Below are positions 18,915 to 27,759 of a DNA stretch of 64,000 bases, one piece after another. The first letter of the stretch is position 1. Each line of letters opens with the position of its first letter. Origin of the DNA: Elusimicrobiota bacterium (GTDB lineage Bacteria > Elusimicrobiota > Elusimicrobia > UBA1565); contig JBDREN010000140.1 in the NCBI GenBank assembly GCA_043819795.1, positions 1-64,000 of the forward strand, read 5' to 3'. The notes beneath the pieces were generated by a model. The model was not told the DNA's origin. It searched no databases and was given only the letters and a program-made list of their open reading frames with translations. Position numbers and translations under genes: made by a program.

Positions 18915-20572
18915 TGCACCCCCCTCTCCAGGACGACGATGTCGTCGCGGTAGCGACCGGAATATCCGATGAGCGGACGGTTCTTGATCTCGGAGAGGCC
19001 GGGGCATATCCACGCGAGCGCCGCGTCCCCGGAGTCAAAGCGGCTCTTGGTCAGCAAGTCTTTCAGCTCCGCTTCGGCTTCGCCATAGACAGCCTCGGGA
19101 GTCACCCTGATCCTGAGGGGCTCCCACATCAGCTCCTTGAAGCCCCAGACGACCCAGGCCTCCCCGGCTTCGCCGGGATCCCGGCCGCCGACATCCCGTG
19201 CCGGAGCCCCGCTATCAGGAAGCCGGCCGGCGGAAGCGCCGGCGGCAGGCGGGGCCGCCGTCTCCTCGCCTCTCGTCCCGGCATCGCTCTCCGGCGCGCG
19301 CCGCCGCTTGTCGACCACGCGCGCCCGGCGGCGGCGGCGCATGGTCTCGGCCGTGCGGCGCTGAACCTCCACGGCGCGGCGCTCGGCGGCGTGGATGACC
19401 TCCCATTCCTTGAGGTCGCGCTCCAGGTCCCGCAGGCGGACGCTCTCGTATTCCCGCTCGCGAAGGAGGACCGCGGCCGCGACGCGCGCCTCGTCGGCCA
19501 CCTCCTCGTCGATGGAGCGGGCCGCGCTCCGCGCGCACGCGGCCCGGCTCCCTTCCAGGCTCCGCAGGGCGACGGCCGCCCCGTCATGAGCCCGCTCGAC
19601 GGCCGAAAGATAGGACGTCGTTCCCGCCGGGAGCTCGCATCCGAGCGACCCGAGAACGCCCAAGACGCCTTCGAGCTCCTCCGAAAGATCACCCTCCAAG
19701 GCGGCGTAGTCCCGCGTCCGCTCCGGCGTTTGGACGGAGACAGCCGCGAGGTCCCGGCCCAGCTTCTCGTATCGAGGCTTGAAATCGGCGAAGGTCGCGG
19801 GAGAGGTCCTTTGATGCCTCCTGCTCGCCGACTCGACGCGCGCGTCGAGCGCCTCCTTTTTGTCGGAAAAGCCGCGCCGGCTCGTCTCGACGCCCGCGGA
19901 TTTCTCCCGGGTCAGCTCCAGGAGCTTCCCAAGCGCGGCGCGCTCCGTTGCGAGCCATTGCAGGATGTCGCCGCTCTCCTTCCAGGGCTCGGCGATCGTC
20001 TCGACCCGCTCCGCCAGCGACGCGGCCTCCCGATGGGAATCGCGCGCCTCGTCGAGAGAGCCCTCGATCGACGCGAGGACAGGACCCGAATCCCGCAGAA
20101 AAGCCTCGATGCGCAGGAGATCGGGACCCGCGCAGGCCCCGCCCTCCACCGCGGCCGCGGCGGCCCGCTCGGCCCACCGGACGCCCTCCTCCCGCTCCGC
20201 GGCCGTCGCGGCGAGAGCCTCCATCTCCGTCCGGAGCTCGACGATCCGCCCGCAGGCCGTCCGCGAGCCGTCCGCGGCGCCCGCCAACCGGGAACGGATG
20301 GAGGCGAGGTCCTCTTTGAACTTGCGGACCTGCCCCATGAGCCGCTCGTCGAGCTCCAGGGCGCCCGCGTGCGCCCGGAGCACGTCGTCCCGGAACCGGG
20401 CCAGGCCCTCGATCTCAGCTTGGAGGTGGGCGATCCCCTCCTCCCGGATCTCGGCCTGGAGACGGTCCGCCTCCCCTGCCCGGGCTTGCGCGGCGAGCCC
20501 CGCGGGAAGGAGCCAGACGGCCGCGCACAAGAGCGGCGTCCGGAACGGGCCGACGGGCGTCTGACGGCTCAT
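18902..20572 (-). CDS. Secreted coiled-coil hypothetical protein
   Basis: Signal peptide and long helical E/R-rich region; TAGCAT 7 nt upstream of the ATG. Confidence 0.6.
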   Translation of the reverse strand: MSRQTPVGPFRTPLLCAAVWLLPAGLAAQARAGEADRLQAEIREEGIAHLQAEIEGLARFRDDVLRAHAGALELDERLMGQVRKFKEDLASIRSRLAGAADGSRTACGRIVELRTEMEALAATAAEREEGVRWAERAAAAAVEGGACAGPDLLRIEAFLRDSGPVLASIEGSLDEARDSHREAASLAERVETIAEPWKESGDILQWLATERAALGKLLELTREKSAGVETSRRGFSDKKEALDARVESASRRHQRTSPATFADFKPRYEKLGRDLAAVSVQTPERTRDYAALEGDLSEELEGVLGVLGSLGCELPAGTTSYLSAVERAHDGAAVALRSLEGSRAACARSAARSIDEEVADEARVAAAVLLREREYESVRLRDLERDLKEWEVIHAAERRAVEVQRRTAETMRRRRRARVVDKRRRAPESDAGTRGEETAAPPAAGASAGRLPDSGAPARDVGGRDPGEAGEAWVVWGFKELMWEPLRIRVTPEAVYGEAEAELKDLLTKSRFDSGDAALAWICPGLSEIKNRPLIGYSGRYRDDIVVLERGVQCRQ

Positions 20573-20669
20573 GGGCAGGATGCTACTAAATTTTCGCTCG
20601 GGCCGGGCCGGGAGGCCCTTTATAGCTTGACCGGAGGCCGCCACTCTTTCTAAAGTCTCGCACCGGACC

Positions 20670-21083
20670 ATGTTCTTCGCCCTGCTCTTAGTCACCCTCT
20701 GCATCGCGGTCGGGACGTGCTATTGCGTCACGAGGCTCTTCGATAACCCCATCGAGGCGATCCTCCGGCGTATCGTCCGCGAGGACCTCAGCCGGGCCTG
20801 GAAGCGCTACATCCAGTTCGCGATCTACGTGGCCGGGGTGTCGGCGGGGGTGCGCATCCACACCCTGGAGCGCTACGTGACGGGGACGTTGCAGCACGGC
20901 CGCCCGATCGTCCTCGACTCCGCGCGCTGGACCCTGGAGGTCTACCGCGCCCTGATCGGGACCCTGCAGGGCCTGGCCTGGCTGCTGCTGGTCTTCTTCG
21001 CCGTGGCCATGATCGCCTACGTCATCGTGCGCTGCGGCGAGATCAAGCGGGCCAGGCGCCGCGACTGGAGGCGGGGCCCTTAG
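20670..21083 (+). CDS. Hypothetical membrane protein
   Basis: Three hydrophobic segments; host-like codon usage. Confidence 0.65.
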   Translation: MFFALLLVTLCIAVGTCYCVTRLFDNPIEAILRRIVREDLSRAWKRYIQFAIYVAGVSAGVRIHTLERYVTGTLQHGRPIVLDSARWTLEVYRALIGTLQGLAWLLLVFFAVAMIAYVIVRCGEIKRARRRDWRRGP

Positions 21084-21102
21084 GCGTCCCCCACGCGACG
21101 CG

Positions 21103-21552
21103 ATGAGAGCGCCCTTCCCCGGCCGGACCGAGCCGAGCCGCGCCGGCTACACTATGGTGGAGCTGATGATCGTTCTGGCGATCATCGCGATCCTGATGTC
21201 GATCATGGCCCCGAAGTTCGGGACGATGATCCGCCGGGCCAACGAAGGGGCGACCCGCGGGAAGCTCGGCTCGATCCGCTCCGCTTTGACCGTGTACTAC
21301 GCCGACATGGAAGGGGTCTTTCCCTTCGACCTCAACCCGCTCATGCAGCCGGGGAGCAAGTACCTGACCAAGGTCGTCCCTCTTTACACCGCCGAGCACG
21401 GCTCGGCCATCACGATCAACTACAGCGACGACATCGACTTCTCGATCGATAACGGAGGATGGGGCTACGTGAACTCCGGCGGAAGATGGGGCACGCTCTG
21501 GGTCGCATGCACCCATACCGACCTCAAGGGGAACGAATGGACCTCATACTGA
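21103..21552 (+). CDS. Type IV pilin/pseudopilin-like protein (paralog of 16707)
   Basis: AG|YTMVELMIVL, APKF, EGATRGKLGSIRSALTVYYAD, C-terminal WVACTHTD. Confidence 0.88.
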   Translation: MRAPFPGRTEPSRAGYTMVELMIVLAIIAILMSIMAPKFGTMIRRANEGATRGKLGSIRSALTVYYADMEGVFPFDLNPLMQPGSKYLTKVVPLYTAEHGSAITINYSDDIDFSIDNGGWGYVNSGGRWGTLWVACTHTDLKGNEWTSY

Positions 21553-21579
21553 TGAAATCCGCGGACCGGGAGTCTCGCC

Positions 21580-22614
21580 ATGGCCTCCTCTGAAGAGAAA
21601 AAGAAGAAGACCGTGGACCTCGCCGTCCTCGTCAGCCGGTACGCCACGCCGTTCGCCGTTGTGCTGGTGACGGGCGGGCTGATCCTGTCGCGGCCCTTGA
21701 GCCCGGTGCTCGAGCTCTCGATCGGGCTCATCATATTCGGCTTTGTGTTCAACATGTACGGGATCCGCCTCATCCAGGCGGCGACCGGGAGCCCGAAGTA
21801 CCTGATCCATGTGCGCGTGACCGTCAACCTCACGACGAACGTGCTGCTCATCTACTACCTCGGGCTCCACTGGCACCCGATGTGGCTGCTGCTGGCCCTG
21901 ACTCCGATCGCCACCGCCATCTACGATAAGCGAGGAAGAGTGATCTATGTCTCGGCCACGGTGTGCATGCTCCTGATCGCCATCCACGCGGCGCACGGCT
22001 CCATCTCCCCCCTGGAATGGGGCGAGCAGCTGGCCCAGGTCGCCTTCATCTTCCTCATGACCCTGATGATCAACGACCTCTCGCAGATGGCCAAGGGCAG
22101 CAAGACGTTCATCGCCACGGTCTACCCCTACGCCACGCCGCTGGCCGTCATCCTGGTCGCCTTGGGCGTCATCCTTTCGCAGCCCATCAGCCCCGTCCGG
22201 GAGATCTCGCTCGGGCTTCTCGCGTTCAGCGTGCTGTTCAATACGGTCGGCTTCCGCCTCCTCCAAGCTTTCAACGGGGACCAGTCCTTCCTGATCCCGA
22301 CGCGGCTGGCGGCAAACCTCACCGTCAACGTGATGCTCGTCTATTTCCTGGGAGGGTACTGGCGGCCGATGTGGCTGCTGCTGGTCCTGACTCCCTTCGC
22401 CACGGCCATCTACGACACGCGCGGCAAGACCATGTTCTCCGCGGTCAGCGTGTCGCTGCTGCTTCTGGTCATCCACGCGGCGCGGGGCCTGGGATCCGTG
22501 CTCGAATGGGGCGAGCAGACGGCGCAGATCCTATTCATCATCCTGATGAGCCTCATGATCAACGAGCTTTCGCGGATGGCGAAGAGCCTGAAAGCGCCGG
22601 CCGGATCGGAGTAG
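21580..22614 (+). CDS. Membrane protein with two tandem copies of the multi-TM domain
   Basis: YATP...NLTxNV...WxPMWLLL.LTP.ATAIYD...LEWGEQ occurs twice. Confidence 0.8.
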   Translation: MASSEEKKKKTVDLAVLVSRYATPFAVVLVTGGLILSRPLSPVLELSIGLIIFGFVFNMYGIRLIQAATGSPKYLIHVRVTVNLTTNVLLIYYLGLHWHPMWLLLALTPIATAIYDKRGRVIYVSATVCMLLIAIHAAHGSISPLEWGEQLAQVAFIFLMTLMINDLSQMAKGSKTFIATVYPYATPLAVILVALGVILSQPISPVREISLGLLAFSVLFNTVGFRLLQAFNGDQSFLIPTRLAANLTVNVMLVYFLGGYWRPMWLLLVLTPFATAIYDTRGKTMFSAVSVSLLLLVIHAARGLGSVLEWGEQTAQILFIILMSLMINELSRMAKSLKAPAGSE

Positions 22615-22625
22615 GCGGCGGCGCC

Positions 22626-22808
22626 CTATTTGGGCTCGGGCGCGTCCAGCTCGCGCATCTTCCGCCGCTCGAGCCAGTACCACAGCCCCCCGAAGAGGAA
22701 GAACAGAGCCAAAGCCGGGATGGAGTCGCTGTCCACGAACACGAAATACACGAAGCAGACGATAGCGAGCGCGAAAAGGGCCCAACGGTAGGCGCGTCTC
22801 TGCTTCAT
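22626..22808 (-). CDS. Small two-TM protein
   Basis: 60 aa with two hydrophobic segments, downstream of the co-oriented 22821 ORF. Confidence 0.55.
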   Translation of the reverse strand: MKQRRAYRWALFALAIVCFVYFVFVDSDSIPALALFFLFGGLWYWLERRKMRELDAPEPK

Positions 22809-22820
22809 ACCCGAAGACCG

Positions 22821-23354
22821 CTATTGGCCGGCGGGAGGCCGCTCGGGAACGGCGCCGCCGGACCGCATCGAGGCGTCCTCTTCGCCGGAGCCTCCGTCTC
22901 CCACGGAGGGGACGGTCCCCGCCGTCCCGCCGTCGTCGAGACTCACGGCCCCGTAGTCGAAGCCTTCGCTGGGCTCCTCCTCCTGAGGACCGTCCTCGCC
23001 GTCCAGCTCCGGCTCCTCAGGGGAGGCCTCCCCGGGCGCCGCATCCTCCGGCGCAGGGGCCTCCTTCTTGGACTGCCCGGGGCGCCGCTTGCCGGGCTTG
23101 CGGGTGAGCTTCTTGCTCCCGGCGCGCTCGGGCTTCTTCTTCTTTCCCTTGGCTTCTTCCTTCTTGTCCTCTCCGCGGAGGGGATTGCCCTCCTTGTCGA
23201 AACGGTAGGAGCTCTCTTTCTCCCGGGACGGGGCGATGTACTTCGAGCTTTCGTAATCCGTCTCTTTCGGTTTCTCCGCGGCGTCATCCCCCTGCGGCAG
23301 CGCGGGAGCCGCGAAGAGGGCGAAGACGAACGCTATGCCGGGCAACATCGCCAT
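22821..23354 (-). CDS. Secreted low-complexity hypothetical protein
   Basis: Signal peptide; K-rich then acidic tail; TATACT 6 nt upstream of the ATG. Confidence 0.6.
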   Translation of the reverse strand: MAMLPGIAFVFALFAAPALPQGDDAAEKPKETDYESSKYIAPSREKESSYRFDKEGNPLRGEDKKEEAKGKKKKPERAGSKKLTRKPGKRRPGQSKKEAPAPEDAAPGEASPEEPELDGEDGPQEEEPSEGFDYGAVSLDDGGTAGTVPSVGDGGSGEEDASMRSGGAVPERPPAGQ

Positions 23355-23537
23355 ATTCCCAGTATAACCGGAGCCGGTCGCGGATTCAAGCCCGCAATCA
23401 GCGCCGCAGGCTTGCCCTGCGGCGCTTACACCGTCCAGTCATAGGGAACTCCGTCGCAAGAATGCCGTTCATCCGGGCGTCAGCACGGATTTCCCGCGGA
23501 CTCGATCGGAGCGGCGAGAACCCGTGCGGCGCCGCGC

Positions 23538-24338
23538 TTACCGCTTGCCGGATTTTGTTCGGCCGATGCGGATGCGCATGAGGTCTTCGGCCTTCCGGAA
23601 GCGGCGGTCGCGGGCGATGCGCCGGGAAAGCCCTTTCTCGGAGGCGGGCGAGAAATGGGTCAGCAGGACGCGCCGCGCTCCCGACATCCGGCCCAGGCGG
23701 ATCGCCTCGGAAACGCGAAGGTGCCCCGCCGTCCGCGCCCGGTCGGCCAGCGAGCATTCGACCACGAGCAGGTCCGTCCCCGCCGCGAAGCGCGCGAGGC
23801 CGGAGTCCCACTCCGTGTCCCCCGTGTAGCAGACGCTGCCGCCCCGGCACTCGAAACGGTAGGCCAGCGACTCGGTCGTGTGCGGGACCTCCCGGCAGGC
23901 CACCCGCCAGCCCTCGCCCCGGACGACGGCCGGCTCTTCGAGCTCCTCCACGCTCATCCGGAACCCCCGAGGACGCAGCCACGGATGGTGCGCGCGAGTC
24001 AGACGCTCGAGAAAATTCCGGAAGCCCCGCGGGCCGTAGAGACGCAGCCTGCCGCGGCGCGGCCTGCCGTCGTAGCGATAGTAGAACAGCAGCGCGGGCA
24101 GATCGCCGATATGATCCGGATGCCGGTGGGTCACGAAGACGTGGCTGACCTCGTCGGGCCTCAGGCCGGCGCGCACCAGCTGGCGCAGATTCCCGAATCC
24201 GAGGTCGAAAAGAAGCACCTGATCGCCGCGCCGCACCGCGTAGCCGGCGGGATTGCGCACCTTACCCGGGCCCGGCAGGCCCGGCTCGTAGCAACCGGAG
24301 CCCAGCACGACGAAGTCGAACGCCTCCGAGCCTTTCAC
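23538..24338 (-). CDS. MBL-fold metallo-hydrolase (RNase Z/BN-like)
   Basis: VLGSG, FDLGFG, THRHPDHIGD, YTGDT, VVECS, GHL, LLTHF. Confidence 0.88.
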   Translation of the reverse strand: MKGSEAFDFVVLGSGCYEPGLPGPGKVRNPAGYAVRRGDQVLLFDLGFGNLRQLVRAGLRPDEVSHVFVTHRHPDHIGDLPALLFYYRYDGRPRRGRLRLYGPRGFRNFLERLTRAHHPWLRPRGFRMSVEELEEPAVVRGEGWRVACREVPHTTESLAYRFECRGGSVCYTGDTEWDSGLARFAAGTDLLVVECSLADRARTAGHLRVSEAIRLGRMSGARRVLLTHFSPASEKGLSRRIARDRRFRKAEDLMRIRIGRTKSGKR

Positions 24339-25378
24339 GGGATCGCGCGCAGCCAGGCGTTGACCTCCTTGCTCAGTTCCCGCTGCGCCACGGTGCGGAA
24401 GAGCCCCAGGCCCTCCGTCAGGCGGGAGAGGCCCTCCCGGTCTCGGACCACGCGGGCCGCCCGCGCCACGCGCCCGGGGTAGGGGCGCCCCTCCACGAGC
24501 GCGTAGCGCCCGCCCGCGCGGAATTGGATCCGGTCGAGACGCGGAGCGTGCAGCTCGAGAAAATCGCCGACCTCGCTGAACGTCACGGCCCCGGGCGGCG
24601 GCCCCGGCGACTCCACGGCCGCCGCGTAGAACACGTAGGGATCCTCACTGAAGAGATACAGGTCGAAGGCGATGCGCGAGAGCGTGCCCTTGGGCGGCGG
24701 GCCAGGGAACAGCAATGGATCGCCCTTCCCTCCCCGCTTGGCCCAGTCGTCCATCTTCCGGCGCTCCTCGAGCCTCTCGCGCTCCCGGACCGTGGCCATG
24801 CGGAGCCTGCGCGCGAAGTCCGGCCTGACGGCCGCCTTCTGCAGGGCGTACTCCAGGACGGCCTGCCGCGCGGCCATCTCGGCGTCGATCAGGTCGATCG
24901 GAAGACGTGCCGCGGCCTTCCAGCGCTCACGGACGAAAAGCGCCTCGAAGTCCAGACGCGTGAGGCCGGCGGACCGGCCGGGATCCACCACGAAGAGGTT
25001 CTCATCCCTGCAATAGCGCACGGCGGCTCCGGGCTGGCGCGCCCGCTCGACGACCGGCGTCTCGCCCGTCAGCGCCAGCAGGCGCCGGCCGGACTCGGTG
25101 GCCGAAAGCTCCCGGGCGATGCTGCTCAACGCGTCGCGCATCCGCTTCGACAGCTTGGCATCGCCCGGGCGCACGGCGGCGGGGGCGGCGAGCTCGCTGT
25201 CGGACAATCGGTCGGCGGCGGCGGCTCCCGCGGGCGCGGCGTCGACCCCGGCAGGGGCGCCGTGCCGGCCGCCCTCGGGAAAGGCGTCGGCGGCCAGTGC
25301 ATCCTGACAGCGTGCGAACTCCCCGAAGAGCACGGACAGAAGGACGGCGAGCGGAAGCGAGCGCGGCCGGGCGGTCAA
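24335..25378 (-). CDS. Secreted hypothetical protein carrying an in-frame palindromic-element insertion
   Basis: TTG start overlaps the upstream TGA; signal-like N-terminus; stop overlaps the MBL start; repeat at 25236-25294. Confidence 0.65.
   Translation of the reverse strand: MTARPRSLPLAVLLSVLFGEFARCQDALAADAFPEGGRHGAPAGVDAAPAGAAAADRLSDSELAAPAAVRPGDAKLSKRMRDALSSIARELSATESGRRLLALTGETPVVERARQPGAAVRYCRDENLFVVDPGRSAGLTRLDFEALFVRERWKAAARLPIDLIDAEMAARQAVLEYALQKAAVRPDFARRLRMATVRERERLEERRKMDDWAKRGGKGDPLLFPGPPPKGTLSRIAFDLYLFSEDPYVFYAAAVESPGPPPGAVTFSEVGDFLELHAPRLDRIQFRAGGRYALVEGRPYPGRVARAARVVRDREGLSRLTEGLGLFRTVAQRELSKEVNAWLRAIP
25236..25294 (+). repeat. 63-nt palindromic element copy
   Basis: GCGGCGTCGACCCCGGCAGGGGCGCCGTGCCGGCCGCCCTCGGGAAAGGCGTCGGCGGC. 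Confidence 0.9.
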
Positions 25379-26271
25379 TAGAGGTTCATCTTCAGAGAGA
25401 AGATCGACGCCCCGGACTTGATGAACTCGGAAGTGTCCACCTCGCTTTCCACGAGCCCCACCGCCCGAATGTGGCGGATGGCGGCGTCGGCCCCGCGCTG
25501 GATGACGGCCGTCGAGTCCACCACGCTCGCGCTGCAGGGCATCTTGGCCATCGCCTCCTTCTCCTCGACGGCGAGGACGACCGGAAAGAACTTCAGGATG
25601 AGCTCGAGGCTGACGGGATCGAACGCCGGCGGATAGATGAGCGCCGCTTCCGGGGTCAGCGGGCAGAAGCAGGTGGCCAGGTGATAGAACCGCTCGTTGA
25701 CGAGCTTCAGCAATACGACGGGGGTCTCGAAGATCTCGGCCACCTCCTGGTAGACCTCCGGGTCCGTCCGGAACCCGTAGCCGCCCCAGAGCAGCCGCTT
25801 GCCGGGATGCCACAGGGAGTCGCCCATCCCCTCGAAAGTCAGAGAAGGATCCTTGAGACGCACGATCCGGTATCCCTCGGCGCGGAACCACTTCTCGAAG
25901 TGGCCGACCTCGCCTCGCCGGACCGGATGGCGCATCTGGCCCAGCATGCAGACCTTCTGCATGCGGCTCGTGAGGCCGGTGAGCGTCTGGTTCGCCGCGA
26001 ACACCATGTCGACGAGGCCCTTCACGGGAGCGATCGTGCGCACCGGGCGATCGAGCTTCTCGAAAGCCGCCTTCACCTCCTCCCACTGCCGCCGGGCGAG
26101 CCCCCGGTCGATCTTGCCGAGGTTGCCGGACATGTAGGGGTTGCGGATGTCGGTCACGTCGTAGTACTCCGGCGGACACATCAGGATGCCGCTCGGAGGC
26201 GGCATGGAGGGGCAGTTTTTGACGGAGAAGCCCTTGAGGTCGGAGGCGTGGGCGTAGATCTTTTTGTTCAT
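25375..26271 (-). CDS. Amidinotransferase/arginine dihydrolase (DDAH-like) family protein with degenerate active site
   Basis: LMCPPEYYDV..NPYM, DMVFAAN, FEGMGD, FYHLATCF, EFIKSGASIFSL. Confidence 0.85.
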   Translation of the reverse strand: MNKKIYAHASDLKGFSVKNCPSMPPPSGILMCPPEYYDVTDIRNPYMSGNLGKIDRGLARRQWEEVKAAFEKLDRPVRTIAPVKGLVDMVFAANQTLTGLTSRMQKVCMLGQMRHPVRRGEVGHFEKWFRAEGYRIVRLKDPSLTFEGMGDSLWHPGKRLLWGGYGFRTDPEVYQEVAEIFETPVVLLKLVNERFYHLATCFCPLTPEAALIYPPAFDPVSLELILKFFPVVLAVEEKEAMAKMPCSASVVDSTAVIQRGADAAIRHIRAVGLVESEVDTSEFIKSGASIFSLKMNLY

Positions 26272-26403
26272 CCTCGTCGCTTCGAGTGTACAAAATTATC
26301 CGCGGGACGCGGCGGCGAATTCAGGCCGCCCCGCCTCCGCGCAATCAATCCGCAATCTTGCTCTGGCATCACATCGGCGGCGACGCAACGAACGCACCCC
26401 CAC

Positions 26404-27759
26404 ATGAACCGGGATATCCTTGTCGCGGAGGAGGACGCGCTCCTGCGGTCCGTGCTGAAGCGGGCCCTGGAATCCCGCTCCTACCCGGTCCTGTGCGGTT
26501 CCGACGAAGCGGAGACGATCCGGCTGTCGGAAAGCCGCAGGGCGGGCCTCATCCTGCTGGGCATCGACATGGCCAAGAGGAACGGCTGGCGGGTATTGCG
26601 GGCGCTCCGGGCGGACATCCACGCTCAGATGACCCCCGTCGTCCTCGTGTCGCAGCGGACCGGCGGCTTGGAGAAGATCGAAGGCTACGAGCTCGGGGCC
26701 GACGATTACCTGGCCGGCCCCCTCGACCCGGGCGAGCTGCTGGCCCGGGTCGAGAGCATCCTGCGGCGCAACGAGACGTTCCTCTCCGCCAACCCGCTCA
26801 CGCGCCTGCCCGGCGGCCTCATGATCGAGAGCGAGGTGAACCGCAGGATCCGGGGACAAAGGGCCTTAGCCGTGCTCTATATCGACATCGACCATTTCAA
26901 GAGCTTCAACGACGCCTACGGATACGCGCGCGGAGATCGGGTGATCCGTGAAACGGCCGCCGCCCTCCTGGACAGCGTGCGGCGCGCCGGAAGCCGCGAC
27001 GATCTCGTGGGCCACGTCGGGGGCGACGACTTCGTGATACTGACCCGTCCGCGGCGTGCGGAGCGGATCGCCCACGAGATCATCGCCCGCTTCGACTCCC
27101 GATCCCCCTCCCACTACGGCCCCATGGACCGCGCCAAGGGATACGTGGCGACGCGGGACCGCAGAGGGATCGAGCGCCGCTTCCCCCTGATGACCCTGTC
27201 CATCGCGATCGCCACCGATGAGAGACGGAGCCTGGACTGCTACGCGAAGGTCGCGGACATCACCGCCGAGATCAAGCGCCACCTCAAATCCCGCAAGGAC
27301 CACGCCGCAAGCGCCTTCTTGATGGACCGGAGGACCGACGGCAGGCCGCCTCGGCCGCCGGGGCCCCCTCGGGACCGCGCCAGAGCCAGGATACTGGTGG
27401 TCGACGACGACGACGCGACCCGCGCCGTCCTGTCGTCGTTCCTGAAGGCCGAGGGCTACGACGTGAGCCTGGCGGAGGACGGCCGCAGGGCGCTCGAGAT
27501 GATCCGCCGCGATCCGCGGGACCTGGTGCTGCTCGATATCCTCATGCCCGAGCTCGGCGGGATCGGTTTTCTCAAGGCCGCCAAGACGATCCATCCGGAC
27601 CTGCCCGTCATCATGGTGACCGGCATAAAGGACGAGAAGGCCACCAGGAAGGTCCTCGAGCTGGGCGCCTGCGCCTGCGTCGCCAAACCTTTCGATCTAA
27701 ACGACCTGCGCGCGCACATCAGGTCCCGGCTCGCTCTAGGACAATCCGCGAAAGGCTAA
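26404..27759 (+). CDS. REC-GGDEF-REC signalling protein
   Basis: N-terminal receiver-like domain (GADDYL); NPLTRLPG, DIDHFKSFND, HVGGDDF; C-terminal receiver ILVVDDD...LLDILMP...KPF. Confidence 0.88.
   Translation: MNRDILVAEEDALLRSVLKRALESRSYPVLCGSDEAETIRLSESRRAGLILLGIDMAKRNGWRVLRALRADIHAQMTPVVLVSQRTGGLEKIEGYELGADDYLAGPLDPGELLARVESILRRNETFLSANPLTRLPGGLMIESEVNRRIRGQRALAVLYIDIDHFKSFNDAYGYARGDRVIRETAAALLDSVRRAGSRDDLVGHVGGDDFVILTRPRRAERIAHEIIARFDSRSPSHYGPMDRAKGYVATRDRRGIERRFPLMTLSIAIATDERRSLDCYAKVADITAEIKRHLKSRKDHAASAFLMDRRTDGRPPRPPGPPRDRARARILVVDDDDATRAVLSSFLKAEGYDVSLAEDGRRALEMIRRDPRDLVLLDILMPELGGIGFLKAAKTIHPDLPVIMVTGIKDEKATRKVLELGACACVAKPFDLNDLRAHIRSRLALGQSAKG

Noticed and set aside
24335..26293. 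652-aa fusion ORF, and similarly extended ORFs (4533-6173, 25297-27759, 42981-44840)
   Set aside because: The N-terminal extensions overlap genuine neighbouring genes in other frames; better internal starts exist.
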